Part shown: piece by piece, positions 1-11,675 of the stretch
Layout: each line of letters opens with the position of its first letter
How positions within the stretch are numbered: the stretch's first letter is position 1
Assembly: GCF_000400465.1 (NCBI RefSeq)
Contig: NW_008806275.1
Location: forward strand, 549,656 to 581,655
Source of the DNA: Wallemia ichthyophaga EXF-994
Taxonomy: Eukaryota; Fungi; Basidiomycota
Length of the DNA: 32,000 nucleotides
Direction of reading: 5' to 3'
The notes under the pieces: generated by a model
The model's input: the letters and a program-made list of their open reading frames with translations, nothing else
What the model was told of the DNA's origin: nothing
Database searches by the model: none
Position numbers and translations under genes: made by a program

Positions 1-469
1 ATCCTGCTTGGGCTTTGTGGATGACTTCTCTTTCGCAGCTAAACGCTCAATCTTCTCAATACACTTGGATATACGAGGTCTGTGGGTGGCGTCGAATACC
101 CAAACGCCCCATATAGCATCCTCGTCGGCTGGTCTGAAAATAATGTAGTCGCCCGTCAGTTGAAGATCATCTGTGCCAGTAAAGAGCGTTATAAAGTTAT
201 CTGGCCCAGATCTGTTCAGGATGAATAAGCCATATCTAGGCATGACGCTTCTTGTAAATATAAACATGGATCCTTCTACCATCTCCTTCCTCCAACCAAC
301 GCCTTCCACGAAGCTGTACAGTACCGCGTACGACGTCCCATCCAGTATATCTTCCACAGCTTCGTCGTCTGTATAAATATAAATTAAATAGTTCTCCAGG
401 CCTCAAATTTATTAGCCCACGCTGCTTCAGCACTCTTAAATTAAATGCCCGCTTTTGGCTAGCGTCCAT
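1..469 (-). CDS. DCP1: mRNA decapping enzyme subunit Dcp1 (EVH1 domain), 3' end runs off the window
   Basis: Exon 1 (469-421) reads MDASQKRAFNLRVLKQ. After a GT-AG intron (420-369, 52 nt) the frame gives HDEAVEDILDGTSYAVLYSFVEGVGWRKEMVEGSMFIFTRSVMPRYGLFILNRSGPDNF...IWGVWVFD. This matches the Dcp1 signature NLxVLK...EGSMF...YGLFILNR...GIW. Confidence 0.88.
372..378 (+). promoter_or_regulatory. TATA-like element (TATAAAT) inside the DCP1 intron, candidate core promoter for COX19
   Basis: The motif lies about 110 nt upstream of the COX19 ATG on the + strand. Function is inferred only from position, and AT-rich introns often contain this string by chance. Confidence 0.25.
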
Positions 470-487
470 CGTTTCTGAGCAAGAGAT

Positions 488-781
488 ATGGGCTTCGGAA
501 ATCCATCAACATCCAACAACTTGTTCTCCATAAATCCACCCGCTAGAGGTTCATTCCCCTTGGATCATGACGGCGACTGCACACAGCCTATGAAGCTCTA
601 CCTCAGCTGTCTACGCCACAACAGCAACAACAACGGCGCATGCAGGCAACTCTCCAAAGCTTATCTCAAATGTAGAATGCACAATGGCCTCATGGACAAC
701 GATAACTTTGACAATCTTGGCTTTAGTGGTGTGCACGATGGCAGAGACAATGGCAATCAAAATTCTGAGAGGTTGGTGTAG
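488..781 (+). CDS. COX19: Cytochrome c oxidase assembly protein Cox19 (twin CX9C)
   Basis: Intronless 97-aa ORF with [15 protein letters not shown]-x9-C...C-x9-C ([22 protein letters not shown]) followed by RMHNGLM...NLGF, the Cox19 signature. Confidence 0.92.
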   Translation: MGFGNPSTSNNLFSINPPARGSFPLDHDGDCTQPMKLYLSCLRHNSNNNGACRQLSKAYLKCRMHNGLMDNDNFDNLGFSGVHDGRDNGNQNSERLV

Positions 782-828
782 AGTGTATATCAAGTATCTC
801 TTCTTGTATTTCATTTGTCATATGTATT

Positions 829-2745
829 TCAAACTCCTCTCGTACTCCTCTCTAACCACCTAATGGCTCTCTCATCACCCCTCTTCTCCAGCTCCGGCTT
901 CAGCGTCTTTAAACACCTTTCGTGATATTCGTTCAGCCACTCCTTCTCTCCTTGGCTAAGTAATTCGACTTCTATCAGGTTTGTGCCGATTGGACACAGT
1001 GTGAGTGTCTCAAAACCCGCAAACTGCGTCTCATCTGTGCTATTTGGTGCTTTGTAAGGAACGATGGCCAGTATTGCTTCGGTGCGTATTCCAAACGTGC
1101 CAGCCTCATAATACCCTGGCTCATTCGAAACCAGATATCCCTGTTTCAACGTCGTGTCGTTGAATCTAGGAGAGATGGAGTGTGGTCCTTCATGCGCCCC
1201 TAGATGGCTGCCGATCCCATGTCCAGTCCCGTGCATATACTCCAGCCCTTCTCTCCACAGCGGCATTCTAGCAATTGCGTCAATGAAAGCTCCCGGTACT
1301 TTATCGTTGGGAATAACCGCGCTAGCTAGGGCGATATGGCCCTGAAGCACTCTAGTAAAAGCCCTCTTCAGCTTCTCACCTGGGTTAGTCCTCCCGAAGA
1401 AGTAAGTGCGCGTCACATCAGTTGTGCCATCGAGGAACTGTGCACCGGAATCGCACAAATAGACTTTCTCAACGTCAATCACAGCTGAATCCGTCTCACT
1501 GGGACTGTAGTGTATCACCGCACCGTTGGCCCCTGTTGCTGAGATAGTGTTGAACGAGAGACCTCTGAATAAGTCGAGGGAGCTTCTATACTGTTCCAAA
1601 ACGAGTGCAGCGTCGTGTTCCTTAACAGTATGTCCATCGTGCAGGCCCTCTTCCAGCCAGGCAAAGTACTGCGTGAGAGCGACGCCATCGCGTGCATGTG
1701 CTGCCCGCGCACCCTGCAATTCTACTTGGTTCTTCACCGCCTTAGCCTCACCTACAGGAGAGCGAGCGACGCGAACATGTTCCTCGCGAACCGCCCTGAC
1801 TACCTCCCAATTAGCCTTGTCTGAGACGAGTACCTTTCTCTGCGCATCCTCCGCATCGCAGCTGAGCGGGGGGAGAGAGGGGTAGAAGTCCGCATACGGC
1901 TTTAATTCTACAGCCGCACTGCGCATCTGGTCGATAGCCTCCTGCGTCATTCGTCCACTGTCTACATACAATGTGCACGCATTCGCGGTGACAATGGCGT
2001 ACGAGAAGAAGAGCGGGTTGTAGACAATATCTGAGCCGCGGAGGTTGAGCAGCCACGCTGTCTCATCGAGCGTAGTAACGATAAATGCATGTGCATTTTC
2101 TTTGTTCAGATAGCCTCGCAAGTCGTTCAGCTTGTCGGACACGCTGCGACCTGCGTACGTTAGTGGCTGCACGTATACCTCGCTATTGGGATATCCAGGC
2201 AGTTCTGCTATCTCGTCAATTGGGTTGCTGCCCACTGCCACCAAATCGAAACCAGGTTTTGCTTTTAGTTTGTCTTGGATTTTGCAGACTTGGGAAAAAG
2301 CAACGAGCTTAGGATCGACGCCAATGCGGAATGGTGGTGTGTAGTGCTGCATAAGGTAGTCATACCACGCAGGGACACCGGGAACGCCCGCTTTGAGGAG
2401 CTTGTAGGTGGAGCTGTCGAGTTGCTGGGTGGCTTGGAGATGATACCTACCATCTGTGGTGAGAAGCGCCTCTTTCTCAGTAATAAGAGCATCTCCCGCA
2501 GATCCAGAGAAGTTTGAGATCCATCTGCGATTGAGCTGGTCAATATGGCTTATACGGGGCACACAACCCACTCTCTACGCTTATCTGCGTCAGCGATATA
2601 TTCACTACTATGGGCATCCTCTGAGGGAACAAAGAAGGCATGGATGTTCTGTTGGGTGAGGTTGCGTCTGAGCTGCTGTACTCGATTTCTGCTACAACGT
2701 CATGTGAGCTGGGAGGTGATACGGATAACCGATTACCGACATCAT
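829..2745 (-). CDS. AMPP: Xaa-Pro aminopeptidase P (M24B, XPNPEP1/Fra1 type)
   Basis: Metal-ligand motifs DSGAQFLDGTTDVTRT, HGTGHGIG..HEGP, SNEPGYY and GIRTE are all present. An upstream exon NRVQQLRRNL...FVPSEDAHSSEYIADADKRRE joins WISNFSGSAG through a 47-nt intron. The start at 2745 (short first exon) is tentative. Confidence 0.92.
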
Positions 2746-2787
2746 GATGATGGTTGTTGTTAAAGAGGTGAAATGGAGATTAGATGG

Positions 2788-2996
2788 AGATAAAGCGGAG
2801 ATAAATTAAATGAATATCACTACTCATCCACCTCCGCCAATTAGATTCCGAGTATATCACGAGTAGAGATGGTGGTGTTCTCAAGATGGTCTATGGACAC
2901 TTATGGCCACAATATACTGACTACGCTTATCGCAATATACACAGACCCACACTCACCAATTTTACATCATCTAAAATAAAATCTTCTCGAGATAAG
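2788..2996. promoter_or_regulatory. Four GATAA sites in the divergent AMPP / GATA-factor promoter
   Basis: AGATAA at 2788-2793 and 2799-2804, CTTATC at 2926-2931, AGATAAG at 2990-2996. Binding is not shown. Confidence 0.3.
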
Positions 2997-3060
2997 AAAG
3001 CATAAGCTTTTCACAACCGTCACGTTTTGTAATCAAATCAAATCGCGAAAGGCGCAGGAA

Positions 3061-4994
3061 ATGTCAGAAATAGCTGCAGCTACGAGTATATCACCTGAAG
3101 ATCGTCCAGAGCGTCCAGTGAGTTGAATCGTTTTTTTTTATCTCTCAATCGGCTCACCAGCGCAAGTTACAGACGCAGACTCCACCGCCTGGGCTATCTG
3201 CTCAGCCTTTCTGTAGCCATTGCCGGGCAACTCAAACGCCTCTATGGAGAAGAAATCCTGATGATTCTGCCTCTGTCTTGTGCAACGCTTGCGGTCTCTT
3301 CCTCAAGCTCAAAGGTATGCCCCGTCCCCTTAGCCTCAAGACGGATGTCCCTCGCACACGGAAGCGCCAGAAGGCCTGCGAAAAGGAGCATAACGCTGAG
3401 GGCTCCACCTTTAAGTACAAGAAGAAACAGCCCAAATTGGAATCCAGCGCTGATCCAGATAACGATGATAACGATCGTGATGGCGATGCTGATAGTGATC
3501 GTCTGGATACAAAAATAAATTTGGATGGCTCTGTGGGTGTCTGCCATCTAACCTCATTCCTGTCCCCTCTAATCACTCGCAAAGCCAAACGAAAACAGCT
3601 CGCTTAAACGCCCGGACTCCCCTAAGCGACAAGCCATGCCTAAGGACTACGACTATACGGCACCGTACATGATCAAGCGGCCTCGGAAATCAAAGTACGA
3701 TATCACTGAGATGGCTCCACCCAAATCTATACTTGAGACTCTTGGGATCGAACCCATTCCAGGCGGACAGGGGAAGCTCGACTCGCAGTCTATCAGTAAA
3801 CTTGTTGGTGGGATTGCCCCGCTTAATAACTCTCAACTACAAAACGCGCATGCACAGGTGCAGCAAAATGAGCAATTGGGACAACTGGGGCAACAGGAGC
3901 AGTATGAGCACAATGAAGACCATGACCCCGATCAGTATGATGAAGCGCGCCACTTGCACAACTCCAGTACAAGTCAGCATGATGAACCCCAAGACAGCCA
4001 CCGTCTTACCTCACACCCGCTAACCATAGACGATGTTAGTGGTAGTGGCAGTCACAAATCATTGGCACCATTTGTTAACCACTACTCATCGATAAATCCG
4101 GCATCATCATTAGCAACACAAGCGGCACAAGTACCATATCAAAGTGAAGTAAGTGAGCAGGTCACATCCAGACCAATGCTACAGTCGCACACATCTTCAC
4201 CTATTATACCATATCAAGCACACACCCATTCACGCCCAATGAGTCAGAGTCTATCAGCAATACTTAACAGTCATCACAAGTCAGCGTCAGCGTCAAACAA
4301 TTCGTACGAGCCTGTAGATCAACTGAGGCTGTTGAAAGCCCAAGTGCAGGAGTTAGAGAGGGCATATGAGGGAGCTCTCGACAAGCTAGACAGGTGTGAT
4401 AAGTGTGAGAATGATCACAACCACGATGACGTCAAAGACACATCCACAGAGTCATCTTCGGAAGGTATCCAGTGTGATGACAGCAGCACGCATAACACCG
4501 CCGAAGAAGCACCGAGGAGGAGTGAGAGGAGCGAGAGGCGTAACAAAAGCAAGAGTAAGAGCATGAACAATAACCTCAGCTGTGAAGACAGCGAACAGTA
4601 TGAGAATATTCGATTCAAACGCACTGAGAAGCGAATCAAGCGTCTGTGCGCGTCGGATAGGACAGGACTGCGGATGTGTACATGGCATGATGCCCATCAC
4701 TCCCCACCACTGTATCCACCACGAGGAGCTCCACCCGGTATAATGTCGTGTGGGTGCACATTTGACCAGACGCTGTTCGAAGAAACGCTTTCGAGGCATG
4801 GCGTGGGTAGTATACAGCCCGGTGACGTGACTAGGCTAGACGTAAAAATGCGCGATAATCTACTTGGTCTCCTTGAGTGGCAGTATGGCTACGTCGACGG
4901 CGATCTCGATAAAGATCCGTCTACGGGTGCTTTAACGGATCTGGAGGAATTGGGGCTGTCTTCTGAGCGCGATACGCCGCTGAGGATGCAATGA
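3061..4994 (+). CDS. GATA-type zinc-finger transcription factor with a coiled coil and an uncharacterised C-terminal Cys/His domain
   Basis: ATG at 3061, introns 3118-3160 (or to 3172, also in frame) and 3533-3584, all phase 0. The finger is [27 protein letters not shown] followed by [19 protein letters not shown]. Splicing joins ORF 3278-3607 to ORF 3636-4994. Confidence 0.85.
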
Positions 4995-5208
4995 ATTGTT
5001 CTGTACTCTGTACTGCGTGCAAGCTAATTTAATTTATATTATGTACAAGTAAAGTAATTTATATGCGTATGCGTATACTTGCGCGTACAAATAAAACTTT
5101 GACTGCAGGGAAGAGGGCGGAGAGGAAGGCGAAGATGGAGAAATATAAGAATATACAGTAAAGACCATTTAAAGATATTGTACCACTCACTACAGATATA
5201 TACTTTAA

Positions 5209-6519
<1,311 letters not shown>

Positions 6520-6615
6520 TTTGTTCACTGTTTCACTCAGCAAAGAGGTATACCCATTGAAAACATTCAAGTAATACGAATAACATAAATAATACAAATG
6601 ATATATGATAGACTA

Positions 6616-7495
6616 TTAATCCCAAAGATTCTCCGTTTCGGCTGCAATCGGTGGTGCTTGATAGGGTGACTCTGGCGGTGTTTGTTGGTAGCTGTTTTGT
6701 GTGTGTAGCTCTTCTTGCTCCTCCTCCTGCTCCTCTGATTGTACACTCTCTTCTGCTGGTTGTTGTGGTTCTGAGTGGGATGACCTATCATCACTCTGCC
6801 TAGGCTGTAACTTTGAGTACTCAATCTTGTCCACCTTGATCTGTGTGGATGTCAGCAGAGTCAAGCTAAACACTCCCCACCCACTTGATCGTTATCCAGT
6901 TTGTACACAAATGTCGTCATTTGCGCTGGCTGTATGTCGAGCAGGATGAAGGATGGTGTGGCGTCTAGCTCTTCTAGGGAAGAGTAAGTGCCTGTCATGG
7001 AACCAGGTGAGCAGTAGAATACAGAATCGCGCTCGAAAGCATCAAAGCTTGGGTTGCAACGTTAGAAAGAGCTTTGTAGAGAATGTAATCGCACATGCGC
7101 ACCTCTTTGGTCCGGAAATGAGCAATATGTCTACGTTTAGCTTACGTGCGCTGATTGCGTAACTTTGCGTGTCGGTATCGCAAACCAGCCCAACTTTAAA
7201 CTTATCGAGCATAATTGCAGATCCAGATGCGCCAATTATAACTTTATCACACAGCGTTCTCATGTAGTCCAGCGTTGCCTTGTCATTCACATCTCCAAGC
7301 AATATAGCCCCATCGAGCTTGTTGGGCTGGAGTAATTTCTTGAATTGTATTGGTATATCTGTAGATAACGTTGGTATATTTATCTCATTCGCTACTAATA
7401 TCAGCATCTGCGCGGTGGTAGTTGGTAAGTGAGATGAGGAGATATTTTCATAAAATCATATATTCCCCTTCATAATACATCTCACTAACTCCCAT
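6616..7495 (-). CDS. VPS29: Divergent Vps29-like retromer subunit with an acidic/Gln-rich C-terminal tail
   Basis: Motifs MLILV...IP...DIP.QFKKLLQPNK, ARKLNVDILLISG, PGSMTG, PSFILLDIQ and FVYKL...IKVDKIEYSK align with Vps29. There is an intron at 7102-7048 and a 44-nt intron before IKVDK. A probable 2-codon first exon (ATG GGA, 7495-7490) splices to the ATG at 7407. Confidence 0.8.
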
Positions 7496-7895
7496 GCCAC
7501 CCCACTCCACCTCCTCTTTCACACCTCCAGCCTATCGAATTAAACAGCTCATCTACAAATCTGCTATTTATTTACATCAACGGAATCCCACGGCTCTCAG
7601 AAATATATTGGTCTATTTTATATTTTCACATCTCCCCTAATCGCCTCCCCACGAAATTAGCGCATCCAATCCAATTCCCGCGCTTCTCACTTTTCCCGCC
7701 TCTCGCCCCGCCCCATCTCTATGTCAGAGAAAAATGAATCATCGACAGCTACACTGGAAATCTCAAATATGTAAATGAAGAGTATGAAAATATTTTCCAG
7801 GAACCCACATTTTAAGTTTTTTTAATTAAAATTCCCATTCTCGTCCTCTCCTAACTTTTTCATCTACTTTTATCACATCAACCAAATCAAGCAAA

Positions 7896-8613
7896 ATGGA
7901 CATGGGCAGCTCAGGTATGGAAGGAGGAATGAACATGGGTGACATGGGCGGATGTACTACCTCGATGCTTTGGAACTGGGTGAGTTTCACCCCTACATCT
8001 GACACCTTTCTCACAAGCGACAGAATATAAAGGACACCTGTCCAGTTTCTAAGCAGTGGCACATTACAAACGATGGTGAGCCGTCATTATGATCCCACCA
8101 CCCTTGCTAAACAACAACCCCCTAGGCGCATTTGCTGGTACAGTTATCGGTGTTTTCTTCATCGTCGTTGCGATAGAAGCGCTGAGGAGATTCGGAAGAG
8201 AGTACGATAGGAAGCTCGTCAACGACTACCGCAAATCGCAAGCATCGGCTGGTAACACCAGCATGGCACCAGACGTCGACGCAAAAGGCGACGTAGGACC
8301 CGCGCCTGTATTGGTAGGAACGGGTCAACTCAGGCCGTTCAGACCAACTTTATCTCAACAGTTCATCAGAGCACTCGTGTATTTTGTCCAGTACTCGGCT
8401 ACTTACATGTGAGTAACGTGTTTGACACTTCCGTATTTAGCAACTCGAATTGACGCGTCGTATCACAGCGTTATGCTTATAGCGATGACTTTCAACGGTT
8501 ACCTGCTTTTTGCCATCTTCTTCGGAGGTGGATTTGGATATCTCGTCAGCAGCTGGGATACTGTCGGATTGGTGGAGGACACTGAGAAAAGCTCTTCGGG
8601 ATGTTGCTGCTGA
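7896..8613 (+). CDS. CTR: Ctr-family copper transporter
   Basis: Four exons. Met-rich N-terminus MDMGSSGMEGGMNMGDMG, SMLWNW, GAFAGTVIGVFF, TM2 motif MLIAM (MxxxM), TM3 GGGFG and a C-terminal GCCC*. Confidence 0.93.
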
Positions 8614-8845
8614 GAGACGGTTGAAATATGCATCATCTCATCACAGGCTCAAAGGCTCACACTCTCAATTTCTTAATTGCTATTACCCTTTCAATTCTCA
8701 TTCTGGACACCCTGTAGACACTTTATCTGTATAAATAAAGCACACAACACTACTCAATTTCTACTCTATGGAGGACTAACATACATATTTCACTTGTCTA
8801 TTGAAGAATATAAAACAGCTGTATTCTCCCTCACAAATTCACGTC

Positions 8846-10052
8846 ATGCCAAAAAGCTTATTTGGCAGCCAGAGCGCTGTAAGGAATTGCTAGACGTGTG
8901 GTGCCATTCTAATTTCTTTCTCATTAGGACCAAGCTGCCGCTGGATTCGGTGCAGGCATCATGGCAACCTTTACCATGCAGCCGTTCGACATCATTAAAG
9001 TGAGGTTCCAAGTAGCCAGCACGTCCGAGAACGCGGGATACGGACGAGCAATCTGGACTGCTCTCAGAAATGTTGTGAAGAAGGAAGGCCCTACTGGTTT
9101 ATGGAGGGGAATCGTACCAAACATCATCGGCAACTCCAGCGGATGGGCTACGTATTTCTACTTGTGAGGATGACGGGGCGCGCACGCTATTTGGCCATCA
9201 AAGCTAACGCGCCTTCAAGCTACACGATGTTCAAGGGTGCTGCACAAACACGGCAACACAACACAGCTCTTTCACCTTCTCAGTATCTTCTATGTGCATC
9301 TACAGCAGGTAAGAGAGCGGCGAGATTGATTGCGCTGTGCTAACTCGTTCACTCAGGCTCGATCAGCGCTATGATTACTAACCCTTTCTACGTTATCAAA
9401 ACGCGGATGTACACGTCGTCATACAATAACAGTAGCGCATACAGAGGACTGTTGGATGGATTCAACAAGGTGGTCTCTTCAGAGGGTGTCTGTGGATTGT
9501 GGAAAGGCACTCTCCTCGCGCTGGGTACAGTCGCAAACAGTGCTCTGCAATTCACCATATATGAGGAAATGAAGAAATCTCGGTTCGCTGCGAGGGATAC
9601 GCAGCCTGGCGTAAATGACAGACTGGTGAGTTGAGTTGGATAATGGTCGTTGGCGCTCTCAGCTCATTGAAAATAGCCCAACTGGGAATACACAGCTTTG
9701 AGTGGATCGTCGAAGCTTATTGCTTTGGCTGCGACCTACCCGTACCAAGTAATAAGATCGAGGCTTCAGGTGGGCTGTACTCCTTTTCTGTGCAAGACAA
9801 CACATCGAACATAACCAAGTATTCTACAGAGTTTGAGAACATAAGACATTGCGTGAAGCAGTCTTACAGGCGTGAAGGGATCAGAGCGTTCTATAGGGGA
9901 TTGGGTATCAATGCTATCAGAATCCTGCCAGGAACTTGCGTCACTTTTGTAACGTGAGTTGGGAGTAACGGGGAATGAACCAGCTGACATAATTTAGATA
10001 CGAAAACTTAATATGGATAATCAAGGAAGCCTCGCGTGATAAGCAGGATTGA
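8846..10052 (+). CDS. FLX1: Mitochondrial carrier, FAD/folate transporter subfamily (Flx1/SLC25A32-like)
   Basis: Three carrier repeats: PFDIIKVRFQ, PFYVIKTRM and PYQVIRSRLQ. Also GNSSGWATYF and AGFGAG, which are typical of Flx1/SLC25A32. About six short introns reconstructed. Substrate is inferred from family membership. Confidence 0.8.
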
Positions 10053-10171
10053 TCTGCAAGCCGGCAGACATACACATAAATTATGCATCCACACACATTC
10101 GTTGTAAATTATCATCTGTTTAATACGTTCTACTTTAACAAAATACCTTAGTGACTCTTATATCAACGTCC

Positions 10172-11281
10172 ATGTGGCTCACCAGCAACAAATCCAACAA
10201 GAAGGGCGTCAAATCGTCGAGTAGAGACAACACCCCGCTGGAATCAGGCAAGACTACAAAATTACTTGGACCAGGTGTACGCGATAAGACTGGTAAGATT
10301 ACGGAGTATTCTGTGGGTGCGGATTGCAGAACGATAGTACGAGTACTGATATCAATTGTACAGTCAGCAGAAGACAAATGCCCAGTATGTTCTTCAGACC
10401 GCTATCTGAATCCATCGCTACGATTACTGGTATCTCCTTGCTATCACAAAATGTGCGAGAGCTGCATAGATAGATTGTTTACATTAGGTCCGGAGCCGTG
10501 TCCAATCTGTGGAAAAATCACTCGCAAGACAGCCTTCGTTGCACAGACATTCGAGGACCTAGGCGTAGAGAAAGAAGTAGCTGTGAGGAGGCGTGTAGCG
10601 AAAGCGTACAATCTAAACGCAGAAGACTTTTCAGACCTACGCAGCTACAACGATTACTTGGAAGAGGTGGAAGATATAACCTACAACCTAATTAACAACA
10701 TAGACATTTCAAACACAGAGGCCAAAATACGCTCGCATCAGGCCAAGAATGCATCATCGATTATATCCAATTCAGCGAGGGAAGTGGCGGACGCAGAAGC
10801 TGTTAAAGCAGAGGAAGAGCGTGAGCGCAAAGAGCGTGAAGCTCGAGCGAAGGAGGCACGACGGGAATTGGAGCAAGAAATGATAGAAAAAGACCAAGAC
10901 AAAGAAGTACTTTTGAGAGAATTGGAGCATTCTTCAAAATCAGCAGGAAAAGTAATGGCACAGCAGAAATCAAAAGCACTGAAAAGATCATCAGCTCGCA
11001 CAACCAATCAACTCAAGCCAGTGTCGATACCGACTAACACATTCCCACCGGACAATCCAATGCCATTCATGACAGACGACGTATGGGATCCTCTTTATGA
11101 TGAAGATGCGTATGATGACTATAGCGGTCTCTACAAACTCGCACCGAGCGTCTATGCGGATGGCTTCAAGGGTGCTGAGAGTGTCGTCGGCGGTGACGAA
11201 ATTGCAAGAGCTGGTGGCTGGACGAGAGAACAGGCGTGGGAGAGGGCCATACGCGAGGGTGTGTCTGAGTGGACGTTGTAA
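10172..11281 (+). CDS. TFB3: TFIIH/CAK assembly factor Mat1 (RING finger)
   Basis: CPVCSSDRYLNPSLRLLVSPCYHKMCESCIDRLFTLGPEPCPICG RING plus QTFEDLGVEKEVAVRRR and YNDYLEEVEDI. Probable in-frame intron 10313-10363. The 3' end may extend to 11379 through an extra intron. Confidence 0.93.
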   Translation: MWLTSNKSNKKGVKSSSRDNTPLESGKTTKLLGPGVRDKTGKITEYSVGADCRTIVRVLISIVQSAEDKCPVCSSDRYLNPSLRLLVSPCYHKMCESCIDRLFTLGPEPCPICGKITRKTAFVAQTFEDLGVEKEVAVRRRVAKAYNLNAEDFSDLRSYNDYLEEVEDITYNLINNIDISNTEAKIRSHQAKNASSIISNSAREVADAEAVKAEEERERKEREARAKEARRELEQEMIEKDQDKEVLLRELEHSSKSAGKVMAQQKSKALKRSSARTTNQLKPVSIPTNTFPPDNPMPFMTDDVWDPLYDEDAYDDYSGLYKLAPSVYADGFKGAESVVGGDEIARAGGWTREQAWERAIREGVSEWTL

Positions 11282-11675
11282 GAAATACCAATTGCACTAT
11301 CTATTCTTTTGGGCGTATCGATGAGGCGGATAGTGCGGCTGATGTTGCATACAGAGGAGAGCTGCCTGATAAAGTTTGATAGAGTTGCTAGCAGCACAAC
11401 TCTCGTTTTGAAGGAGCACTTATCGCTAATTGACTGCCTGGTGTGTTTAGTTTATATTACAGATAACATTTAACAAACAGCCAGAGCTGAAAATTAAATC
11501 AGAATCCAAGTACTGCGATCAAGTGAGACTGGTATACTTCGGTAGAGTGCCCGATAATAAAGACCCGCTTTAAAATTTCAAATCTAGCCAGACGCCGCTC
11601 ACATTCCATCTCTTGTTCATACCACCACGATCTCAGAAATTTAGCCGCTGTGTTCTAGTCTAGAGATAGCAAATA

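Noticed and set aside
7424-7447. GGTAAGTGAG..GAGGAGATATT shared with 27772-27790 near the cyclin B start
   Set aside because: The first copy falls in the polypyrimidine tract of the probable VPS29 first intron. CT-rich tracts like this occur near many starts and acceptors here, so similarity is likely compositional.
7496-7895. Search for copper-responsive elements upstream of CTR
   Set aside because: No Mac1-type TTTGC(T/G)C(A/G) site was seen on either strand, and looser Cuf1-type matches are too degenerate to support.
11300-11420. Short - strand frames (e.g. SNSIKLYQAALLCMQHQPHY) downstream of TFB3
   Set aside because: No start or consistent splice model could be built and no motif was recognised. 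It is probably TFB3 3' UTR.
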